NCBI GenBank assembly: GCA_030754655.1
Contig: JASLZX010000002.1
Coordinates: forward strand, 29,633-93,632
DNA length: 64,000 nt
Direction: 5' to 3'
Source of the DNA: Candidatus Poseidoniia archaeon
Lineage (GTDB): Archaea; Thermoplasmatota; Poseidoniia; MGIII; CG-Epi1
The position numbers were made by a program, and so were the translations under genes. A model generated the notes under the pieces. The model searched no databases. It was not told where the DNA came from and was given only the letters and a program-made list of their open reading frames with translations. How positions within the stretch are numbered: position 1 is the first letter of the stretch; each line of letters begins with the position of its first letter. Of this stretch, positions 18,710 to 29,118 are shown piece by piece.

Positions 18710-19609
18710 ATGATTCGCTTCGGGCCGGCAGGGATACCGCTTTCGTGCAAGGGACGCACCGTCCGCGACGGCATCGAGGATATCCACGCGCTGGGGCTGC
18801 ACGCGATGGAAATCCAGTTGGTACGCGGCCGCGCCGTCGTCGAACTGGATGACTTCGAGGAGCTGGGTGAGATTGCCCACTCGCTCGACATCTACATGGC
18901 AATCCACGCGCCCTACTACATGGATTTCCTTGGCAATGGCTACATGCGTAACAAGTCGAGCAAGTTCCTGCAGTTCGCCGGTGAAATCGGGACGAAGATT
19001 GGCGCGCGCACTATCGTCACTCACATCGGCCCTTACCATGACTTCTCCTCGCGCGAGGCGATCGAGGCGCTGGTGCCAGCCTTCCGTGAGCTGCGCAACC
19101 ACTACCTGCAGCACAACTTCCGCCCGCGCATCGGTGTCGAGCTCTCGGGGCGGCCCGACCTGTTCGGCACGCTGCGCGAAATCACCGAGCTCTGCCAGCG
19201 AGTGCGCGGGCTGGTGCCGATTATCAACTGGCCGCACCTCCACGCACGCGGTAACCGCTGGCTCAACGACCGCGAGAGCTTCAAGCGCGTCTTCGACTTC
19301 TTCGAGGCCAACCTCGGGCTCGACAAGTTCTACTGCCACTTCTCGGGAGTCGAGTTCGACGTCGACGGCAACGAGCGGCACTACGCTCCGGTCAAGCGGG
19401 GCGAAATCAAGTTCGAGCATCTGGCCGAGGTAATCCTCGAGAACGACTACAACGTCATCATGATTTCCGACTCGCCGCTGATGGAGCACGACGCGATGTA
19501 CATGAAGCTCATCATGGAGCGCGTCGAGTCGCGGCGGCAGGAGCGCATCGCCCGCCGCGAAGCTTCCGAGCGCATCCGGCAGGTGCGCGAAGCGGCCGCC
19601 GAAGCCTGA
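18710..19609 (+). CDS. Xylose-isomerase-like TIM-barrel protein, endonuclease IV (AP endonuclease family 2)-like
   Basis: 299 aa. The IHAPYY...VTHIG...GVELSG...WPHLHARG...CHFSGVEF...ERHYAP layout parallels the metal-ligand blocks of Nfo-like TIM barrels. The assignment is at fold level only. Confidence 0.65.
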   Translation: MIRFGPAGIPLSCKGRTVRDGIEDIHALGLHAMEIQLVRGRAVVELDDFEELGEIAHSLDIYMAIHAPYYMDFLGNGYMRNKSSKFLQFAGEIGTKIGARTIVTHIGPYHDFSSREAIEALVPAFRELRNHYLQHNFRPRIGVELSGRPDLFGTLREITELCQRVRGLVPIINWPHLHARGNRWLNDRESFKRVFDFFEANLGLDKFYCHFSGVEFDVDGNERHYAPVKRGEIKFEHLAEVILENDYNVIMISDSPLMEHDAMYMKLIMERVESRRQERIARREASERIRQVREAAAEA

Positions 19610-19641
19610 AATGCGGACGCCAGCGGGCGCCGGGCGCTAAA

Positions 19642-19650
19642 TTCTAAATA
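19642..19650 (+). promoter_or_regulatory. TATA-like box of the 5S rRNA gene
   Basis: TTCTAAATA is centred 26 nt upstream of the 5S 5' end at 19672. Confidence 0.45.
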
Positions 19651-19671
19651 CCCCCCCAAGGTCGAGCCGAT

Positions 19672-19794
<123 letters not shown>

Positions 19795-19795
19795 A

Positions 19796-19831
19796 ACCTT
19801 TTCTGCCCGGCGGCGCCCGTGGCACCGCCGG
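19796..19831 (+). terminator. T-rich tract plus 7-bp hairpin after 5S rRNA
   Basis: CCTTTTCT begins 2 nt after the 5S 3' end (one base between). CCGGCGG (19807-19813) pairs with CCGCCGG (19825-19831). Confidence 0.35.
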
Positions 19832-19886
19832 ACGCAAAATATTGACGAAAAACTCCAAATACAACGGGCGTCCCGTGGCGCCGTCC

Positions 19887-21251
19887 ATGGGAGCCGAAGG
19901 AGCGCTGCGCGCAGTCAGAGACCCGCTGCTGAAGCGGGATGTCGTCAGCCTGGGCTACGTGCGCGGGCTGACCGCTAGCGGTAGCCGCGTGCGCTTCACG
20001 CTCCGGCTGCCGTCGCCCGCGTCCCCGCACGGTGACGCGCTGGCGGCGCAGTGCCGTGAGGCACTGCTGGCGCTCGACGACATCGACGAAGTCGAAATCG
20101 AGACAGCGTGGGAGGTGCCGCGGCTGCCGGCGCTCGAGTCCCAGACGACGCCCGCCGCGCTGGCGCAGGTGAAGCAGATTGTGGCAGTCGCTAGCGGTAA
20201 GGGCGGCGTCGGCAAGTCGACCGTCGCGGTCAACCTGGCGTTCGCCTGCGCCCGGGCTGGCGCGCGCGTCGGGATTCTGGACGTCGACGTCTACGGCCCG
20301 TCGGTGCCGGCGATGCTCGGCCTGCGCGACCATAGCCTGGCGGGAGGTCAGCAGGGGGTGCTGCAGCCGGTCGAGGCGCACGGGCTGAAGGTGATGTCAA
20401 TGGGCTTCCTGACGACGAGCGAGACGCCGCTGGTATGGCGCGGACCGATTGCGTCGCAGCTGGTGCAGCAGTTCCTTGGCTCGGTGGCGTGGGGCGAACT
20501 CGACTACCTTTTCGTGGATTTGCCGCCGGGGACCGGCGACATCCAGCTGACGCTTACCCAAGCCGTGCCGCTGTCAGGAGCTATCATCGTCACGACGCCG
20601 CAGGAAGTGGCGTACACCATCGCCGAGAAGGGGCTGCGTATGTTCCAGCAGGTGAAGGTACCGATACTGGGCATCGTCGAGAACATGGCCTACTACCACT
20701 GCCCCGAGTGTGGCCACAACGACCCCATCTTCCGCGAGGGCGGCGGCACGGCCGCGTCGCAGAAACTGGACATTCCACTGCTGGCGCGCATCCCGCTCAA
20801 CTCCAGTATCGCCACCGCGATGGACGCTGGTGAACCAATCGCGGAGAGCGAAATCGGCGACGCGTTCGCTGCGCTGGCGGGCGAGGCGATGGCGCGTTCC
20901 TCCGCGACGGCGCTGGGCGAGGCGCTCAACCCCGCCGCGCCGCAGGAACTGGTGGTGGTGGCGGGCGGCGCGGTGCAGGTGAAGTGGCGCGACGGTGCCG
21001 AGCAAATTATCCCGGCGCACACGCTGCGCAGTGAATGCCCCTGCGCCGGCTGCGTCGATGAATTCTCGGGCGAGAAGCTACTACAGTCGGGGCAGATTCC
21101 GGCCGATATCACGGTCGCGAGCAGCGCCAGCGTCGGCCGCTACGCGGTGCGACTCGACTTCAGTGACGGGCACAACAGCGGCATCTTCGAGTTCGCCCGA
21201 CTGCGCGCCATCGGCGACGCGGCGGCCGACGCAGCGGCGTTCGAGGTTTGA
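19887..21251 (+). CDS. apbC: Fe-S cluster carrier ATPase of the Mrp/ApbC/NBP35 family with an N-terminal DUF59-like and a C-terminal DUF971-like domain
   Basis: Walker A SGKGGVGKST, Mrp CxxC motif YYHCPECGH, and a C-terminal block VQVKWRDGAEQIIPAHTLRSECPCAGCVDE...FSDGHNSGIF (DUF971 pattern). ATG 19887 lies about 26 nt after CAAATACA; the track start is TTG 19842. Confidence 0.88.
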   Translation: MGAEGALRAVRDPLLKRDVVSLGYVRGLTASGSRVRFTLRLPSPASPHGDALAAQCREALLALDDIDEVEIETAWEVPRLPALESQTTPAALAQVKQIVAVASGKGGVGKSTVAVNLAFACARAGARVGILDVDVYGPSVPAMLGLRDHSLAGGQQGVLQPVEAHGLKVMSMGFLTTSETPLVWRGPIASQLVQQFLGSVAWGELDYLFVDLPPGTGDIQLTLTQAVPLSGAIIVTTPQEVAYTIAEKGLRMFQQVKVPILGIVENMAYYHCPECGHNDPIFREGGGTAASQKLDIPLLARIPLNSSIATAMDAGEPIAESEIGDAFAALAGEAMARSSATALGEALNPAAPQELVVVAGGAVQVKWRDGAEQIIPAHTLRSECPCAGCVDEFSGEKLLQSGQIPADITVASSASVGRYAVRLDFSDGHNSGIFEFARLRAIGDAAADAAAFEV

Positions 21252-22648
21252 GCGCCAGCGCGGCCGCCATGCACGGCGACGGCAGAGTATTGTTGCTCTC
21301 ATGCTACGAGCTAGGGCACGCGCCGGCCGGCATCACCTGGCCGGCGGCGTTCTTGCGCCGGGAAGGATTTTCGCCGCAAGTAATTGACCTTGCGACCTGC
21401 GAGCTGGACGAGGCGGCGGTGCGCGAGGCGCAGCTAGTCGCGATTTCGGTCCCGATGCACACCGCGCTGCGGCTGGCGGTGCCGGTCGCCCGGCGCGTCC
21501 GGGAACTGAACGCGACGGCGCACATCTGTTTCCACGGGCTCTACGCGCAGCTCAACCGCGAATGGCTGCTCGCCAACGTTGCTGACAGCTGCCTTGGTGG
21601 GGAGTCGGAACAGGCGCTGGTGGCGCTCTGTGAGACGCTGGCGCGGGGCGAATCCGTGCCAATACCAGCAGCGCCGCTGCTGGTGCGGCCGGATTACCCG
21701 ATTCCCGACGCGAGTGGCCTTGCGGGCGGCTACGCCGAGCTGCTGAACAACGGTCACTCCGCCCCGACGGGCTTCGCCGAGGCGACGCGGGGGTGCAAGT
21801 ACACCTGCCGCCACTGCCCGGTCACACCGGTCTACAACGGCCGTTTCTTTGTCGTCCCCGTTGAGAACGTGCTGCAGCAGGTGCGCAAGCAGGTGGCCGG
21901 CGGGGCGCAGCACATCACCTTCGGTGACCCAGATTTCCTGAATGGCCCGCGGCACGCCTTGCGGGTGGCTGAGGCGCTGCACGCCGAGTTCCCGCAGCTG
22001 ACATTCGACGTCACCGCCAAGGTCGAGCACCTGCTGGACCACGGCGACTTGCTCCCGCAACTGGCGGAGTGCGGCTGCCTGTTCATCGTCACGGCGGTTG
22101 AGTCATTGAGCGATCGTGTGCTCGAAATCCTTGACAAGGGGCACACGCGCTCCGACGTCGAGCGGGCGCTGGCGGCGACGCGCGCGGCGGGGATTGCGAT
22201 GCGGCCGTCGCTGGTCGCCTTCACCCCGTGGACGACGCTAGATGACTATCTCGAGCTGTTCGAGTTCGCCGCCACCAACGCGCTGGTGGGGGTTATCGAG
22301 CCGGTGCAGTTCACCATCCGGCTGCTGCTGCCGCCCGGGTCGGCGCTGCTCGACCACCCCGAGATGACACCGCACTTGCGCGGGCTTCGCGAGGAGGATT
22401 TCGGCCACCGCTGGGAGCACCCCGACCCGCGCATGGACGCGCTACACCGCGAGGCGGTCGCGGTCGCCGAAGAGGGGGGCGACGATGCAACGCTGTTCCA
22501 CGCGCTCTGGAGCGTGGCGCGCTTCGCGGCGGGGCAACCGCCGCCGCCGATGGTGGTGGCAACGCCGGGACCGCGACTCTCCGAGAGCTGGTATTGCTGT
22601 GCCGAGCCGAGTCCGGGGCTGCTGAAACTTGGTGAACCAAGCGCTTAA
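21248..22648 (+). CDS. B12-binding-domain radical SAM protein with a C-terminal CCAEP tail (CUAEP/CCAEP-tail radical SAM family)
   Basis: N-terminal Rossmann-like LLLSCYELGH...LVAISVPMHTA, a radical-SAM CKYTCRHC (Cx3Cx2C) motif, and the tail SWYCCAEPSPGLLKLGEPSA. The start (TTG 21248, or ATG 21269) overlaps or abuts the apbC stop. Confidence 0.82.
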   Translation: MSASAAAMHGDGRVLLLSCYELGHAPAGITWPAAFLRREGFSPQVIDLATCELDEAAVREAQLVAISVPMHTALRLAVPVARRVRELNATAHICFHGLYAQLNREWLLANVADSCLGGESEQALVALCETLARGESVPIPAAPLLVRPDYPIPDASGLAGGYAELLNNGHSAPTGFAEATRGCKYTCRHCPVTPVYNGRFFVVPVENVLQQVRKQVAGGAQHITFGDPDFLNGPRHALRVAEALHAEFPQLTFDVTAKVEHLLDHGDLLPQLAECGCLFIVTAVESLSDRVLEILDKGHTRSDVERALAATRAAGIAMRPSLVAFTPWTTLDDYLELFEFAATNALVGVIEPVQFTIRLLLPPGSALLDHPEMTPHLRGLREEDFGHRWEHPDPRMDALHREAVAVAEEGGDDATLFHALWSVARFAAGQPPPPMVVATPGPRLSESWYCCAEPSPGLLKLGEPSA

Positions 22649-22674
22649 TAGCGTGATAGCGCACACCCCACACG

Positions 22675-23322
22675 ATGGCCGAAATCCGTATCCGGGGCGA
22701 GCCGACCGCCGACCAGCAGGTGTGCCGTTTTGTCGTCGATCGCAGCCTGCATGGTGGCAACGCCAGTTTCACTTCCGCCACGGCAGCCCAAGGGGCGCCG
22801 CTGGCCGAGGTGCTGTTCGCGCTGCCGGACGTCAGCGCGGTCACTATCGCGCGTGACACGGTCAGCGTAACCAAGCAGGGCGATGCAGCGTGGCCCGAAA
22901 TCGGCAAGCTAATCGGCGACGCCATCCGCGCGCAGATTGCAAGCGGCGAGCCGGCCGTGGGTGAGATGACCCCGGCGGGCGGTGAGGAACTCTTTGAGCG
23001 CGTGCAGGCCGTGCTTGTCAACGAGATTAACCCCAGTATCGCCAACCACGGTGGTGTCGTCACGCTGCAGCGGATCGAGGAGGGCAAGGCGTATGTCCAG
23101 ATGGGCGGCGGTTGTCAGGGCTGCGGCATGGCCGACGTGACGCTCAAGCACGGTATCGAGTCCTACCTGCGGCAGAAAGTCCCGGAAATCAGCGAGGTTG
23201 TCGACGTCACCGAACATGTCCAAGGCGAGAACCCCTACTTCGAGCCCGGCAAGGGCGCCGGCGGCGGCAAGGCAGGCGGCGGTGGCGGCGGTGGCTGCAG
23301 CGCTTGCGGCGCCAGCAAATAG
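22675..23322 (+). CDS. nfuA: Nfu/NifU-type Fe-S scaffold/carrier (Nfu_N plus NifU C-terminal domain) with a poly-Gly CxxC tail
   Basis: INPSIANHGGVVTLQRIEEGKAYVQMGGGCQGCGMADVTLKHGIE is the NifU-C CxxC block. The tail is GKGAGGGKAGGGGGGGCSACGASK. Confidence 0.85.
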   Translation: MAEIRIRGEPTADQQVCRFVVDRSLHGGNASFTSATAAQGAPLAEVLFALPDVSAVTIARDTVSVTKQGDAAWPEIGKLIGDAIRAQIASGEPAVGEMTPAGGEELFERVQAVLVNEINPSIANHGGVVTLQRIEEGKAYVQMGGGCQGCGMADVTLKHGIESYLRQKVPEISEVVDVTEHVQGENPYFEPGKGAGGGKAGGGGGGGCSACGASK

Positions 23323-23340
23323 CTGATGCCAGCAAGTAAG

Positions 23341-24069
23341 TTACCCGTTTCCGCGCAGCGCGAGCAGCCGGCTGAGCGGCACAACCTCTGGAGACAGACG
23401 AGCGAGCCGCCGCTCCAGCCCCGGCAGGTGCCCTTCGCCGACGACCGCTGCCACGCGCTGGCCGTCGCGCAGCAGCGCCACCAGCCTCCGCGCCATGTGG
23501 TGGTCGCGGCGGTCAATCAACTCGCGCTGGAGTGACGGGAAACGGCGCGCGAACTCGGCGAGTTCGCGCGAGAAATCGCCGGTCGCGAGCGGGTTTCCGC
23601 CAGCCGCCGGACCGCTCTCCAGTGCTTTCGCGCCCAGCAGCGGTGGCAGCAGCTCGCGCGCCAGTGCCAGCCGCTCGCGCCAGCCGAGCGCCCGCCAACC
23701 GCGCTGCAGCGTCGGGATGACCGGCAGGTCGACCAGCGCCAGCCGCGCGCCGAGCCGCTGCGCGGTGCGGCCGGCGGCGAGCATGTCACTGCCGGGCGGC
23801 GCGCCCAGGATTTCACCCAGCCGCTCCTGTAACGACGCGAGTAGCCGTAGCAGCAACGGCCCGCGGCGTGGCCTGACGGGCGCCCGTAAGGCCGCCCAGC
23901 GTTGCGGGTCGAGCTCGAGCGCGACAACGTCGGGGTCGAAAGTGCGCAGCACCCGCTCGAGCGGCAGTGCCAACTCCATTACGTGCGCCGTCCCCACCAC
24001 CAGCAGCCGTCCCGCCACGAAGGGCAGTGACCGCGCGCATAAATACGCGGCAGCCTGCGCTGCACCCAT
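23341..24069 (-). CDS. TraB/PrgY-family protein
   Basis: LLVVGTAHVMELALP...DVVALELDPQRW...GSDMLAA...LVDLP...IDRRDHHMARRL...AVVGEGHLPGL follows the TraB family pattern. The start could be ATG 24069 or the track start at 24147, so it is uncertain. Confidence 0.72.
   Translation of the reverse strand: MGAAQAAAYLCARSLPFVAGRLLVVGTAHVMELALPLERVLRTFDPDVVALELDPQRWAALRAPVRPRRGPLLLRLLASLQERLGEILGAPPGSDMLAAGRTAQRLGARLALVDLPVIPTLQRGWRALGWRERLALARELLPPLLGAKALESGPAAGGNPLATGDFSRELAEFARRFPSLQRELIDRRDHHMARRLVALLRDGQRVAAVVGEGHLPGLERRLARLSPEVVPLSRLLALRGNG
24038..24046 (+). promoter_or_regulatory. TATA-like box embedded in the traB 5' coding region, positioned for the small Zn-ribbon gene
   Basis: CATAAATAC is centred 26 nt upstream of ATG 24068. 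On the traB strand it forces the GC-poor codons TAT TTA TGC. Confidence 0.4.
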
Positions 24070-24247
24070 GTTCAGCAGTTCGGCAGACCCGGACGCGCCC
24101 GAGAAATGCCCCTTCTGCAAGAAGGATATCGGCGTGGTCGATAACACCTATCGCTTCAGCACCATCGACCTGGATACCGGCGGCGGACAGGTGATGTCAA
24201 TCTCCTGCGCGAACTGCCGCAAGGTTCTCGGTTTCGTCAACGCCTGA
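24068..24247 (+). CDS. Small (59 aa) zinc-ribbon protein, hypothetical
   Basis: MFSSSADPDAPEKCPFCKKDIG...MSISCANCRKVLGFVNA has two CxxC pairs and GC-rich third positions. It fills an otherwise non-coding gap between traB and the UbiA gene. Confidence 0.45.
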   Translation: MFSSSADPDAPEKCPFCKKDIGVVDNTYRFSTIDLDTGGGQVMSISCANCRKVLGFVNA

Positions 24248-25139
24248 AGGGCGGCACCGGAGAGCCGGACAGGTAGAGCCAGAGGAACGACGCGGTTGCG
24301 ATTGCTGCAATCGTCGCGAGAATAATCGAGCCGCGGCGTACCGTTTCGTAGTCCGGCGCCGCGTTGGGCGGCAGCTCGCGCCAGTGTGCCAGCGGCTGCA
24401 GCAGCAGAATCCAGCCGGTCCACCAGAGCAGGTTGCGGTCCCACGGAAACGCGTCGGTCGCTCCGCTCCAGAGCAGCAGGCCGGCGCCGGCGGTCGTCGC
24501 CGCCCACGAGAGCCTCATCGTCGCCACCGCGCCGAAGCGCGTCGCGAAGGTGGTAGTGCCGACCGCGCGGTCGGCGACGATGTCGACCGCCATTGTGGGG
24601 CAGTAGAACGCGACGAGGTAGCAGACGACCGAGGCGAAGTAGAGTCGCGGGAATTCGCCCAGCGGCTGCGAGAGCGACCAGCCCGCCAGAGGCAGCAGGA
24701 AGCCGAGGCTGGCGCCGTTGGCGGCGATGTCTAGGCCGGGCCGTTCCTTGAGCCGCAGTGGCGCGATGTTGTAAGCGAGCGAAATCGCCGTGAGGCCGAG
24801 CAGGCAGAGCAGGAAATCGCGTCTCGCGAGCGCCGCCAGCGCCAGCGTCGCGACCTGCAGCGCGCCAAAGAGCGCCCATCCGGATGCCGGGGTGAGGTCG
24901 CCCCGCACGAGCAGGCTGAACGCCTTGCGGGGATTCCGCCGGTCGGTATCGAGGTCGCAGAGGTGGTTCAGGACGAAACTGCTCGCCGTCAGGAGCGCGA
25001 CCGTCGCTAACCCGAGCAGGCCGGCGCGGCTGCCCCACTCCTGCGCGCCGACGATGAAACCAATCTGGAACGGCACCAGCGCGACCAACCAGAACTCGAC
25101 GCCGATGAACCGCAGCCAGAGTCGCAAGGGCTCGCGCAC
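24237..25139 (-). CDS. UbiA-family prenyltransferase
   Basis: 300 aa with about 8 TM segments and the Asp-rich motif NHLCDLDTDRRNPRK. The GTG start has a TATA-like box about 25 nt upstream. Confidence 0.8.
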   Translation of the reverse strand: MREPLRLWLRFIGVEFWLVALVPFQIGFIVGAQEWGSRAGLLGLATVALLTASSFVLNHLCDLDTDRRNPRKAFSLLVRGDLTPASGWALFGALQVATLALAALARRDFLLCLLGLTAISLAYNIAPLRLKERPGLDIAANGASLGFLLPLAGWSLSQPLGEFPRLYFASVVCYLVAFYCPTMAVDIVADRAVGTTTFATRFGAVATMRLSWAATTAGAGLLLWSGATDAFPWDRNLLWWTGWILLLQPLAHWRELPPNAAPDYETVRRGSIILATIAAIATASFLWLYLSGSPVPPFRR

Positions 25140-25158
25140 GCCGGCGAACCACTCGGGC

Positions 25159-25204
25159 GCTTAATGAAGCCGGGGGCAGCCGTTCCGGGCGCACTCTTAA
25201 TTCA
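25159..25204. promoter_or_regulatory. Divergent promoter region (UbiA gene / aminotransferase)
   Basis: gcttaatgaag (25159-25169) is about 25 nt from GTG 25139 on the minus strand. ctcttaattca (25194-25204) is about 27 nt from ATG 25226 on the plus strand. Confidence 0.5.
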
Positions 25205-25225
25205 GGGGCGACGCATCGCAGCGAG

Positions 25226-26320
25226 ATGAGCGATGACTTTGCGTATGCGCACGGTCGCGACGACATCGTCTGGATGTCGCAGAACACCAACCATCTGCCG
25301 ACGCATCCCGCTATCGAAGAGGCAATCCGTGACTCGGCTGCCAGCCACGAGTTCAACAAGTATCCGCTCGCGAAGGGGCTGCCGCGGCTGCGCGAGCTCA
25401 TCCTGGAGGATCTGGGCCTGCCCGACTTCGGGATACACATCACCAACGGTGGCACCGAGGCGCTCTACTGCCTGATGCGCTATCTGCAGCCGGCGGGGAG
25501 CCGCATGATTACGTCAGACCCGTCCTACTTCATCATCCACAAGTTCGCGAAAATGGGCGGTGCCGAGTGCACCGACCTGCCGATTTACGGTGGCACTTGC
25601 CGTTTCGACCTGGACGCGGTCCGGGCCGCCATCACACCCGAGACGAAGAGCATCCTGCTGATTGACCCGCTCAACCCGCTCGGCTCGACCTACCCGCGTG
25701 AGGAGGTGCGCGCGCTGTGCGAAATCGCGCGCGAGCACAACCTGTGGATTATCGACGACATCACCTACCGCGACTTCGCGCCGGAGCATACGCTCGCGAC
25801 CGAGTTCGCGCCAGAGCGCACTGTCATCGCCTATTCGGTGAGCAAGAACTGCGGCCTGGCGGGGCTGCGCGTGGGGGCGCTGGTGGCGCCGCAGGAGTTC
25901 ATCGACAACATCGCCAGCAGCATGGTCTCCGACCTGGGCATATCCATCATCGGCCAGCGCGCCGCGATTGCCGCACTCGAAACCAAGCTGGAATGGCTGC
26001 CGCGCAACATCGAAATCTGCAGCCGCAATCAGGCCATCATCAAGCGCGCTGTCGACGCCGTCGACGCCGTGCACCTACCGGTCTACCCGTCGGCAGCCAG
26101 TATGATGGTCATCGACATCGCCGATTGCGGAGTTTCGCCGCAGGCGGTGCAGGACGCGCTGCTCTACGACCACCAGATTTTCATCAGGGCCGGCAATTAT
26201 GTTTCGGCACGCTTCGGTGACCGCTTTGTACGCGTCTCCTTCTCGCTGCCGACGCCGGAGGTCGAGCGGTTCGCCGAGCATTTTCCGCGCGTGATGGAGC
26301 TGCTGTGCGACTCGGGCTGA
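25226..26320 (+). CDS. PLP-dependent aminotransferase, class I/II
   Basis: ITNGGTEALY...DPSYF...IIDDITYRDF...YSVSKNCGLAGLRVG, with a PLP lysine in the SxSK block. Confidence 0.85.
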   Translation: MSDDFAYAHGRDDIVWMSQNTNHLPTHPAIEEAIRDSAASHEFNKYPLAKGLPRLRELILEDLGLPDFGIHITNGGTEALYCLMRYLQPAGSRMITSDPSYFIIHKFAKMGGAECTDLPIYGGTCRFDLDAVRAAITPETKSILLIDPLNPLGSTYPREEVRALCEIAREHNLWIIDDITYRDFAPEHTLATEFAPERTVIAYSVSKNCGLAGLRVGALVAPQEFIDNIASSMVSDLGISIIGQRAAIAALETKLEWLPRNIEICSRNQAIIKRAVDAVDAVHLPVYPSAASMMVIDIADCGVSPQAVQDALLYDHQIFIRAGNYVSARFGDRFVRVSFSLPTPEVERFAEHFPRVMELLCDSG

Positions 26321-27105
26321 TTGGCTGTGGCTCAATCGGCTCGACGCTGGCGCGCTTTCTGCAGGCGGAGCCGGGCGTAGCGGAAATCATCATCTGGGAC
26401 CGCGCCCGTACTCGCGCTCGCGAACTGGCGCGGACGATGGATAAAGTGACTTATGCCCCCAGCTTCGGCGCAATGCTCGACGAGGTCGAGGTCGTCGTCG
26501 AGGCGGCGTCACAGGGCGCGCTACGGTCGCGCGGCCCCGCCGTGCTCGAGGCGGGGCGCGAGCTGGTCGTGATGTCGGTCGGCGCGCTCGCCGAACCGGC
26601 AATGCTGCGCGCGCTCAAGCGCGCAGCGCGCAAGGGCGGCAGCCGCTTCCACGTCCCGTCGGGCGCCATTGCCGGGCTCGACGGGCTCAAGTCGGCACAG
26701 GTCGGCAACCTGCGCCGCGTCGAACTGGAGACGCGCAAGCCGCCGCGCATGTTCGAGGGCACCGAGGCGTGGGAAGGTGGCGCGCTGGCGCGCATCCGCA
26801 AACCGCGCACCATCTTTGACGGGACCGCCGCCGAGGCATGCCGCCGCTTCCCGCAGAACGTTAACGTCGCCGCGACGCTGGGGCTGGCGGGGCTCGGCGC
26901 TGAAGGCACGCGCGTACGCATCGTCGCCGACCCGGACGCGGAGCGCAACACCCACACAATCACGGTCGCGGGCGACTTTGGCCGCATGCGCGTCGAGGTC
27001 GAAAACCTGCCCAGCCTGCGCAACCCGCGCACTTCGCACCTGGCGGCGCTCTCGGCAGTCGCGACCGTGCGGGGGCTGCTTTCCGAGTTTAAACTTGGAA
27101 CTTGA
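26305..27105 (+). CDS. nadX: L-aspartate dehydrogenase
   Basis: LIGCGSIGS Rossmann motif, HVPSGAIAGLDGLK, and FPQNVNVAATLGLAG...NTHTITVAGDFG are NadX hallmarks. The GTG start overlaps the upstream gene by 16 nt. Confidence 0.85.
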   Translation: MRLGLIGCGSIGSTLARFLQAEPGVAEIIIWDRARTRARELARTMDKVTYAPSFGAMLDEVEVVVEAASQGALRSRGPAVLEAGRELVVMSVGALAEPAMLRALKRAARKGGSRFHVPSGAIAGLDGLKSAQVGNLRRVELETRKPPRMFEGTEAWEGGALARIRKPRTIFDGTAAEACRRFPQNVNVAATLGLAGLGAEGTRVRIVADPDAERNTHTITVAGDFGRMRVEVENLPSLRNPRTSHLAALSAVATVRGLLSEFKLGT

Positions 27106-27153
27106 CTATTATAATTAATACTGGGCCGCGGCTATTATCGCGCCGGAGCAGCC

Positions 27154-29118
<1,965 letters not shown>

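Noticed and set aside
18638-19489. The 5' extension of the track ORF 15782..19489 would give a 1235-aa LeuRS.
   Set aside because: The extension has no LeuRS-like sequence and runs antisense to a well-supported TIM-barrel gene. LeuRS homology starts at GTG 18637, which has a TATA box 26 nt upstream. Long stop-free antisense frames are expected in GC-rich DNA.
24148-25455. A 435-aa minus-strand ORF overlapping the UbiA gene in another frame and crossing the divergent promoter.
   Set aside because: It is Arg/Pro/Ala-rich with no domains. The 300-aa frame carries the UbiA Asp-rich motif and TM helices.
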